A stretch of 64,000 nt of DNA, from NCBI GenBank assembly GCA_964619785.1, contig CAZUGH010000002.1:11355-75354 (forward strand). Direction: 5' to 3'. The DNA is from an uncultured Lachnospiraceae bacterium (GTDB lineage: Bacteria > Bacillota > Clostridia > Lachnospirales > Lachnospiraceae). How positions within the stretch are numbered: the first letter of the stretch is position 1; every line of letters begins with the position of its first letter. Both the position numbers and the translations under genes were made by a program. Below are positions 51,740 to 58,675 of the stretch, in pieces. The notes beneath the pieces were generated by a model. That model searched no databases. It worked only from the letters and a program-made list of their open reading frames with translations, and had not been told where the DNA came from.

Positions 51740-52188
51740 GTACGTTGATTCGACAATATGGACTTGTTATGATGGCAGTACTGATTGGGATTTTTCTTAT
51801 TTGTGGCGTATATCAAACGTTTCAAAATGAATGGGAGAAGACAGGTGTGATTGCAGATGGTAAACAAATGGAATTCGAGGGAAGGGCATCAACTGGCGGA
51901 GGGTATCCGATACTTAAAACACAAGATTGTCAAGTAAAGGTTGGTGACGTATTGGATGTGAGAGATTTAGCTCATGCCGCTGATGTAGATGGAAAAGATT
52001 TGAGCAAAGAGATTACCTATAAAGAGATTTCAGGTAATCTTCTTGGTAAAGATGGTAAGTCTTACTTGATTGATACGACAAAAGAGGGTGTATCGTGGCT
52101 TCAATTTCAAGTAAAAGGAAAGAGTGGTCTAGTTACTTGTAAGGAAGCTATCGTTATCGTGGATTGGAGGAAGAGTAAACAACTATGA
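51736..52188 (+). CDS. Pilin-like N-terminus fused to an Ig-like domain (candidate minor pilin)
   Basis: (M)STLIRQYGLVMMAVLIGIFLICG N-terminus. The C-terminal part has VGDVLDVRDL..AADVDGKDLSKEITY, resembling the modules in the 982-aa protein. Confidence 0.5.
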   Translation: MSTLIRQYGLVMMAVLIGIFLICGVYQTFQNEWEKTGVIADGKQMEFEGRASTGGGYPILKTQDCQVKVGDVLDVRDLAHAADVDGKDLSKEITYKEISGNLLGKDGKSYLIDTTKEGVSWLQFQVKGKSGLVTCKEAIVIVDWRKSKQL

Positions 52189-52511
52189 GAATGATGATTG
52201 AGCATTTTATTACTTTTTTTCTACTGTTAGTATTTGTTTGGATTGGTGTTATGTATGTCATGCAAAACCTGTCCTATTCTAGTGCAAGACAATACCATAG
52301 TGGAGTTGTTAATCAAATTGAGGATAGCAATTTTTCAGAAGATATCATCGCGGAATGCAAGGATAAGGCAGAAAAGGTTGGATATGATTTAAATATTGAA
52401 CGATATTACAATGGGACTAATCAGGATGCTATGGTGACACTTTCTTTTATTTATGAGATTCCCATACTTCATACACAAAAGACTTATTCAATACAAGGCT
52501 ATGCTAGATAG
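52185..52511 (+). CDS. Pseudopilin-like small protein
   Basis: MRMMIEHFITFFLLLVFVWIGVMYV N-terminus is a degenerate version of the shared motif. ATGA overlap with the upstream gene. Confidence 0.4.
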   Translation: MRMMIEHFITFFLLLVFVWIGVMYVMQNLSYSSARQYHSGVVNQIEDSNFSEDIIAECKDKAEKVGYDLNIERYYNGTNQDAMVTLSFIYEIPILHTQKTYSIQGYAR

Positions 52512-52526
52512 GAATGGAGGAAGTTT

Positions 52527-52907
52527 ATGAAAAGTATAATGATATCATTTATTTGTGTACTTTGCTTACTCTTTACCGTTCAAGCACATTCCGATATAAC
52601 GAGCTACTCGGTTCGAAAGGGAGAACTACAGGATGCACTAGGAGTTGCGATGAGTCAGACAATGAGAGAGTGTATGGTTCAGGGAAGTTATGGCATTGTA
52701 GATGAGAAAACTTTTACAGCAGCATTTTTACGAAGTTTATTGAGTAAAGTGAATTCAGATGGGGAAATAACAGTGAAGATTGTGACGTTAGATATGGAAG
52801 AAGGATTTTTAGATGTGGAAGTGATTCAGAAATATCAAGATTATATCGGTAAAGAGCGAGAACTCAAACTGAGAAGAACTGTGATATTAGAAGAACCGAC
52901 CCTATAA
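52527..52907 (+). CDS. N-terminally anchored or secreted small protein, last gene of the cluster
   Basis: GGAGGA RBS. Hydrophobic N-terminus MKSIMISFICVLCLLFTVQAHS. Preferred over the overlapping ORF 52514-52705. Confidence 0.4.
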   Translation: MKSIMISFICVLCLLFTVQAHSDITSYSVRKGELQDALGVAMSQTMRECMVQGSYGIVDEKTFTAAFLRSLLSKVNSDGEITVKIVTLDMEEGFLDVEVIQKYQDYIGKERELKLRRTVILEEPTL

Positions 52908-52917
52908 GAGTCGGTTC
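52893..52917. terminator. Hairpin between convergent genes
   Basis: GAACCGAC-CCTATAAGA-GTCGGTTC. It overlaps the + gene stop. No clear T-run. Confidence 0.3.
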
Positions 52918-52922
52918 TAGTA

Positions 52923-54233
52923 TTAGTCTTCTTGAGAATCAGATGATTCTGTCAATGGTGGGTTCACATGAATCTGAATTTTGTCAATTCGGTTATTGTG
53001 TACCTCGAGAACAGTATAGATTGCATATTCGTCCTCTGTTCTCTCGCCGGCTTCTGGGAAGTGGGCAAGTAGATTGATGACATGACCAGCAATGGAATCA
53101 TAGTCATCAGATGTAATCGGTAGATGAAGATTTTCTTCGATATCATCTAGGCTAGTAGAGCCCAGAACGATATATTCATTATCTGCGATGATTTGAATAT
53201 CATCTTCTTCATCCTCATCATATTCGTCTCGGATATCGCCTACGATTTCTTCAAGTAAGTCTTCCATAGTAATGAGACCTGCCAAGGCACCATACTCATC
53301 CAAAACAATTGTCATTGAGATGAATTCTTTACGCATCTCGATGAAAAGTTCAGAAGTGTTTTTGTATTCATAAGTAAAATGTGCTTCTCGCACCAAACTC
53401 ATTAAATCAAAGCTCTCACGGTCGCCTTGATAGAATACAAAGTCTTTTAGATTTATTATACCTACGATATTGTCAATACTTTCGTAATAAACAGGCATTC
53501 GTGCAAATTTGTTATCTGTAAACTGTGCCAATAGTTCTTCATATGAAATATCCGTACTCACCATCTCGATGTCCATACGAGGGATCATAACATCTTTAGC
53601 AAGTGAATCGCCAAAATCAACAATATTGGTAATCATCTGACGTTCTTCACTTTCGATGACACCTTCTTCGTGGCTAACATCTACAAAGGTTCTAAGCTCG
53701 TCCTCGGTGATGGTGGCCTTCTCAGACATATCAACGCGTAGCAGACGAAGTATCAGATTGGATAATCCACTTACTAACCATACAATAGGTGTTAATATCT
53801 TTGTTATAAACAAGATCACGCTTGCATACATGAGCGACATTTTTTCGGCATTCATAGTGGCAAATGATTTTGGCGTAATTTCACCAAAAATCAAAATCAG
53901 GAATGTGAGGATTCCAGTAGCAATTCCAGCACCTAGACTGGCATTCTGACTGAGTCCCATACGTTCACAGATGGAAAATGCATAGGCTGTAGAAATTGAA
54001 GAAGCGGATAAGTTCACTACGTTATTACAAATCAATATAGTGCTTAACATCTTATGAGGTTCTTCAATAAGCTTTAATACAGTAGCAGCACGTTTCACTT
54101 TCTCTTCATCTAGGGCTCTCATACGTAATTTATTTACTGTAGTAAGAGCTGTTTCAGCAGAAGAGAAAAAGGCGGATAAGGTAATTAAAACAATAATTAC
54201 AATAATATTCACCGCATCACTCGGGTCCAACAA
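52923..54233 (-). CDS. CNNM/HlyC/CorC-family transporter (DUF21-CBS-CorC_HlyC)
   Basis: Four N-terminal TMs with GEITPK, a CBS pair, and a C-terminal CorC_HlyC region. Confidence 0.9.
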   Translation of the reverse strand: MLDPSDAVNIIVIIVLITLSAFFSSAETALTTVNKLRMRALDEEKVKRAATVLKLIEEPHKMLSTILICNNVVNLSASSISTAYAFSICERMGLSQNASLGAGIATGILTFLILIFGEITPKSFATMNAEKMSLMYASVILFITKILTPIVWLVSGLSNLILRLLRVDMSEKATITEDELRTFVDVSHEEGVIESEERQMITNIVDFGDSLAKDVMIPRMDIEMVSTDISYEELLAQFTDNKFARMPVYYESIDNIVGIINLKDFVFYQGDRESFDLMSLVREAHFTYEYKNTSELFIEMRKEFISMTIVLDEYGALAGLITMEDLLEEIVGDIRDEYDEDEEDDIQIIADNEYIVLGSTSLDDIEENLHLPITSDDYDSIAGHVINLLAHFPEAGERTEDEYAIYTVLEVHNNRIDKIQIHVNPPLTESSDSQED

Positions 54234-54304
54234 TAATCATCTCCAATTTTTATTTTATCTATCATATTGTACAATACATGATTTTATGTGTCAAGAAAGC
54301 GCGT

Positions 54305-55924
54305 TTAGCTCAGAGCCTGACGCTTTCTAGCCATATCATCGTTATCTAAGTATTCATCATAGGTTGTAATCTTATCAATCATTCCATTCGGAGTCAATTC
54401 AATGATTCGATTGGCGATTGTCTGAATAAACTGATGATCCTGGGAGGTAAACATAATAGCTCCAGGGAATTTAATTAATCCATTATTCACAGATGTGATG
54501 GCTTCCATATCAAGGTGGTTGGTAGGCTCATCGAGCATCAGTACATTAGCACCAAGCATCATCATCTTTGATAACATAACACGGACTTTTTCTCCTCCAG
54601 AGAGCACATTGACTTTCTTTAAACCGTCATCTCCAGCAAATAACATACGTCCTAGGAAACCACGAACATAAGTGGCATCTTTCTCTGGTGAGTATGGCAT
54701 GAGCCAATCAACGATGGTATCGTTACTACTAAAGTCCTTGGTATTGTCTTTTGGAAAATATGCCTGAGTAGTTGTGATACCCCATTTGTAATCCCCCTCG
54801 TCTGGCTCCATCTCGCCAGATAAAATCTGAAAGAGTGTAGTAGCAGCGATTCCATAAGAACCAACAAAAGCAATCTTATCTTCACGGCCTACAATAAAGG
54901 ATACATTATCGAGAACCTTTTCACCGTCAATTGTCTTAGACAAGTTGGTAACAGTGAGAACTTCATTTCCGATTTCTCGCTCTGGTTTGAAATCCACGTA
55001 TGGATACTTACGACTAGATGGTCGTATATTATCTAGTTCGATTTTTTCGAGAGCACGTTTTCTAGAGGTAGCCTGTTTTGATTTTGATGCATTCGCACTA
55101 AATCTCTGAATAAAGTCTTGTAACTCTTTGATTTTTTCTTCTTTTTTCTTATTGGCTTCTTTCATTTGCTTTACAATCAATTGACTTGATTCATACCAGA
55201 AATCATAGTTACCAGCATAGAGCTGCATCTTGGCATAATCAATATCTACGGTATGGGTACATACCTTGTTCAAAAAATATCTGTCATGGCTGACTACGAT
55301 AACAGTATTATCAAAATTGATTAAGAACTCCTCTAACCAACGAATTGCATCCAAGTCAAGATGGTTGGTAGGCTCATCGAGAAGAAGAATATCTGGATTA
55401 CCAAATAATGCTCTAGCTAAGAGAACTTTGATTTTCTCACTACCAGATAACTCACTCATTTTTTTGTAATGAAGCTCGGTGTCGATGCTCAATCCATTTA
55501 ATAGGGTAGCAGCATCGGATTCGGCTTCCCATCCGTTCATCGTAGCAAACTCACCTTCAAGTTCACTCGCGCGAATACCATCTTCTTCTGTGAAATCTTC
55601 TTTTGCATAGATGGCATCCTTTTCTTTCATGATTTCATATAATCTTTTGTTACCCATGATAACAGTATCTAGAACAGGGAATTCATCATACTTAAAGTGA
55701 TCCTGCTCCAATACAGAGAGACGTTCGCCCGGTGTGATAATAATATCACCAGTGGTGCTCTCTAATTCACCAGATAAGAGCTTTAGGAATGTGGACTTAC
55801 CAGCACCATTGGCGCCGATGATACCATAACAGTTTCCCTGGGTAAATTTAATGCTTACTTCTTCAAAAAGCGCCTTTTTACCAAAGCGCAATGAGACGTT
55901 ACTAACTTGAATCATGTTGTGCAT
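54305..55924 (-). CDS. ABC-F family ATPase (YbiT/YdiF-like)
   Basis: Two cassettes without TMs. NBD1 has GANGAGKST, LSGSEK and LLLDEPTNHLD. The linker has RFSANASKSKQATSR. NBD2 has LSGGEK and LMLDEPTNHLD, but its Walker A reads GSYGIAATT. Confidence 0.9.
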   Translation of the reverse strand: MHNMIQVSNVSLRFGKKALFEEVSIKFTQGNCYGIIGANGAGKSTFLKLLSGELESTTGDIIITPGERLSVLEQDHFKYDEFPVLDTVIMGNKRLYEIMKEKDAIYAKEDFTEEDGIRASELEGEFATMNGWEAESDAATLLNGLSIDTELHYKKMSELSGSEKIKVLLARALFGNPDILLLDEPTNHLDLDAIRWLEEFLINFDNTVIVVSHDRYFLNKVCTHTVDIDYAKMQLYAGNYDFWYESSQLIVKQMKEANKKKEEKIKELQDFIQRFSANASKSKQATSRKRALEKIELDNIRPSSRKYPYVDFKPEREIGNEVLTVTNLSKTIDGEKVLDNVSFIVGREDKIAFVGSYGIAATTLFQILSGEMEPDEGDYKWGITTTQAYFPKDNTKDFSSNDTIVDWLMPYSPEKDATYVRGFLGRMLFAGDDGLKKVNVLSGGEKVRVMLSKMMMLGANVLMLDEPTNHLDMEAITSVNNGLIKFPGAIMFTSQDHQFIQTIANRIIELTPNGMIDKITTYDEYLDNDDMARKRQALS

Positions 55925-56067
55925 CCTTTCTTATTAAAAATACATAGCAACTCTATTTTACTAAATATTAGGTATTTTGCAAGGATTTTTCAAATAAATA
56001 TTGTTACTAATGTAGTTTTTCGTTATAATGGTAGTACAATAGTCTAAGAAAGAGATGAGGATACCAT

Positions 56068-57852
56068 ATGAATATACAGCAGGGAGAGCCATTACCACTG
56101 GGTGTCACCGTATCTAAAGATGGAAACTATGTTCAGATTACCGTTTGGGCTAAAGATGAGAAAAAGTGTGAATTGCGTTTATATCAACAGGGGAAGAAGG
56201 CTCGCGTGTTTGCAATGTCCTCAATGGAACAACAAGGCGCGAAGGATATTTTTTCGCTACGATTTGTTGGTGAGCACATTACGGAGGAACTAGCTGACTG
56301 TGAATATATGATAAAAGCAGGTGGTGTTGAATTCATCGATCCTTATGCAAGGCGTATCAGTGGGAGAGATACATTTGGTCAGAAGGGGAAAGCACGAGGC
56401 GCATTTTCCTTTGATACGTTTGATTGGAGTGATGAAAAGCGTCCCGAGCTTGATTTCTCAGAGATGATTCTCTATCAATGCCATGTGAGAGGATTTACAA
56501 AGCACTCCTCATCAGGTGTCAGCGCACCGGGAACCTATCAGGGAGTTATTGATAAAATCCCATATTTGAAGGATTTAGGGGTTAACACGTTGCTATTTTT
56601 ACCATTGTATGATTTTAACGAGGTGGGTGAACGTGGTGATGGTAAGAAGATAGTAAATTATTGGGGATATACAAAAGATGCGTATTATTTTGCTCCCAAG
56701 AGTTCATATGGTACAGGACGAGAAAAACCTGGTATAGAATATAAGAAGATGATCAAGGCATTGCATCAGCAGGGGATGAACATACTGATGGATATTCATT
56801 TTCAAGATAAGTCACAATCGTTTATCCTCGATTGCTTGCGATATTATGTGATGGAATACCATGTTGATGGTTTCTTGGTGAACCAAGATGTCGTGTCTGC
56901 GCAATTAGTTATGAATGATCCCATTCTTCGTAATGTAAAATTGCTAGGGACGGGTTGGCCGGATTTGTGTGAGGGAAATCACAAGCCTAGATTGGCTACT
57001 TTTAATGATGGTTTCATGATTGACGCGAGACGTTATCTTAAGAGTGATGAAGGGATGACGGGAAACTTTTATCAGAGATTTAAGAATCAAGGTGGCAATC
57101 AGGCAGTCATTAATTATCTGACACAGAAAAATGGATTTACATTAAAGGATTTAGTTTCCTATGATGTGAAGCATAATGAAATAAACGGTGAGAAAAACCA
57201 AGATGGAACAGAGTATAATTATAGTTGGAATTGTGGAGTTGAAGGCGTTACTAGGAAGAAATCAGTCTTGCTTATGCGTAAGCAGCAGATGAAGAATGGA
57301 CTTGCTTTCTTATTACTTAGCATGGGGACACCAATGCTTTTGGCAGGCGATGAATTTGCAAATACTCAGAAAGGTAATAACAATGCATATTGCCAGGATA
57401 ATGTGACGACGTGGCTGGATTGGGATTTGCTCGAGAAGAACCAGGATGTCTACAATTACGTCAAGAAACTGATTGAGTTTCGCGTAAAATGCAGAGTTTA
57501 CGATGGTAGAACGTTTACTGGGATGGATGGTAAAGGAGCAGGGGCTCCGGATATTTCATGCCATGGTATCGAACCTTGGATGAATGAATTTGTGAATTAC
57601 AGTAGAGAGTTAGGAATCATGTTTTATAAAACGTATATTGATAGTACTAGTTCTATTTATATTGCGATCAATATGCATTGGGAATCACATGAGTTCTTTT
57701 TGCCTGTGGTGGACCACGGAAATTCATGGAAAGTGCTGATGGATACGAGTGGTAAGAATAAGGCTTTTAATAGTAAGTATCAAAAGTATGTAATGGACCC
57801 AAGAACCGTTGCTGTTTTTGAAGAAGTTCCTGGGTCAAAGAAGCCAGATTAA
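56068..57852 (+). CDS. GH13 glycogen-debranching-enzyme (GlgX) homologue, predicted catalytically inactive
   Basis: Collinear with GlgX (NYWGY, HVDGF, NGFTLKDLVSYDVKHNE.NGE.N.DG, GTPMLLAGDE, GNNNAYCQDN), but the catalytic residues are substituted. Confidence 0.85.
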   Translation: MNIQQGEPLPLGVTVSKDGNYVQITVWAKDEKKCELRLYQQGKKARVFAMSSMEQQGAKDIFSLRFVGEHITEELADCEYMIKAGGVEFIDPYARRISGRDTFGQKGKARGAFSFDTFDWSDEKRPELDFSEMILYQCHVRGFTKHSSSGVSAPGTYQGVIDKIPYLKDLGVNTLLFLPLYDFNEVGERGDGKKIVNYWGYTKDAYYFAPKSSYGTGREKPGIEYKKMIKALHQQGMNILMDIHFQDKSQSFILDCLRYYVMEYHVDGFLVNQDVVSAQLVMNDPILRNVKLLGTGWPDLCEGNHKPRLATFNDGFMIDARRYLKSDEGMTGNFYQRFKNQGGNQAVINYLTQKNGFTLKDLVSYDVKHNEINGEKNQDGTEYNYSWNCGVEGVTRKKSVLLMRKQQMKNGLAFLLLSMGTPMLLAGDEFANTQKGNNNAYCQDNVTTWLDWDLLEKNQDVYNYVKKLIEFRVKCRVYDGRTFTGMDGKGAGAPDISCHGIEPWMNEFVNYSRELGIMFYKTYIDSTSSIYIAINMHWESHEFFLPVVDHGNSWKVLMDTSGKNKAFNSKYQKYVMDPRTVAVFEEVPGSKKPD

Positions 57853-58037
57853 AGATCGTGGTTTTCTACGATTGGATCGATAAGATCTAGCTCACACAGA
57901 TGATTGTCTGTGAAATGTGTACAGGTGGTACATGACACTTCGCTATCTCCTGATTTGTTACTGCAGGAGCATCCAGATTTGGTGTCATAAGCACTACATT
58001 TTTCTGCAATATTTTTGTAGGTTTCCTGATTTAGCAT
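57849..58037 (-). CDS. Small Cys-rich protein of unknown function
   Basis: 62 aa with six Cys (C-x8-C-x-C-x10-C-x2-C-x8-C) and a GGAGA RBS. Convergent with the GH13 gene and overlapping it by 4 nt. Confidence 0.45.
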   Translation of the reverse strand: MLNQETYKNIAEKCSAYDTKSGCSCSNKSGDSEVSCTTCTHFTDNHLCELDLIDPIVENHDL

Positions 58038-58113
58038 AGATTGGTCTCCTTTCCATTGGAATCAAGATTAGTATGCGTCAGAAGAAAAAAATTATACAAG
58101 CGATGGAGGCAAA

Positions 58114-58557
58114 ATGGTTTCTTTAGAGATAGAAGATGTGAAAGAATTTATGGGACAGTTGTTTCATAGTGATTCAATGTTTGATACCTTTGATGTTCAT
58201 GATATTAAAGTACAGACTTTATATCTTACGACGATATCTGGACGTGTCAATACAAAATGGCTGGATACAGAGGAAGAGGCGGGAGAATTTGTACATTGGT
58301 CTGATGTAAGACCAATTGTTTTTCAATTGATTAAAGGAAAGAAAACGCCACAGTCTATGGTTCTGAATTTTACAAAAATATTGGAGGCTGGTAATCGTGG
58401 TGCATTACAAGTGCGATATGAAGAGAACGGTTTGCGTCTAATAACGGGGTATAGTATGGCTGAATTTTCTTTGGATAAAACGAAAGAACAAGATTGGGAC
58501 CAGCAGTGTATGCAATATCTTGTAAGCAAGGAAATTTCATATACGAAAATTAGTTAA
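58114..58557 (+). CDS. Hypothetical protein
   Basis: 147-aa ORF with GGAGG RBS. No motif recognised. Confidence 0.5.
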   Translation: MVSLEIEDVKEFMGQLFHSDSMFDTFDVHDIKVQTLYLTTISGRVNTKWLDTEEEAGEFVHWSDVRPIVFQLIKGKKTPQSMVLNFTKILEAGNRGALQVRYEENGLRLITGYSMAEFSLDKTKEQDWDQQCMQYLVSKEISYTKIS

Positions 58558-58569
58558 ACACGAACTTTG

Positions 58570-58596
58570 TTAGCACTCAATCAAAATGAGTGCTAA
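58570..58596 (+). promoter_or_regulatory. CIRCE operator (HrcA binding site)
   Basis: Perfect match to the consensus TTAGCACTC-N9-GAGTGCTAA. Confidence 0.85.
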
Positions 58597-58603
58597 TTTT
58601 CTA

Positions 58604-58632
58604 TTGACATCTTGATTTCTCTGTATTATGAT
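58604..58632 (+). promoter_or_regulatory. Putative sigma-A promoter of htpG
   Basis: TTGACA, 17-nt spacer, TATGAT, about 44 nt upstream of ATG 58676. Confidence 0.5.
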
Positions 58633-58675
58633 ATCCATTATAAAAGAAAAACATAAGAATTGGAGTGAATGAAAG

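Noticed and set aside
48795-52511. Interpretation of the small proteins as Com (ComGC-like) or type IVa pseudopilins.
   Set aside because: None has the class III leader ending in G followed by F/M-T-L-I-E. The conserved motif is E-Y-G, as in Flp pilins. The ATPase is short (CpaF/VirB11-like) rather than ComGA/PilB-like with a zinc-binding domain.
52514-52705. A 63-aa ORF overlaps the 5-prime part of ORF 52527-52907.
   Set aside because: It is in a different frame from the better-supported 126-aa ORF, which has a correctly spaced GGAGGA RBS and an N-terminal hydrophobic anchor. The 63-aa product has no features.
45051-52907. Interpretation of the cluster as a conjugative type IV secretion system or as a mobile genomic island.
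   Set aside because: There is no VirB4, VirD4, relaxase, integrase, transposase or flanking direct repeats in or next to the block. The small proteins carry Flp-type rather than VirB2-type features. Composition could not be computed here, so horizontal origin remains untested.
57849-58037. The Cys-rich peptide as a SCIFF/ranthipeptide or other RiPP precursor.
   Set aside because: There is no adjacent radical SAM maturase, protease or transporter. The Cys spacing and length do not match the six-Cys-in-45 pattern as I recall it.
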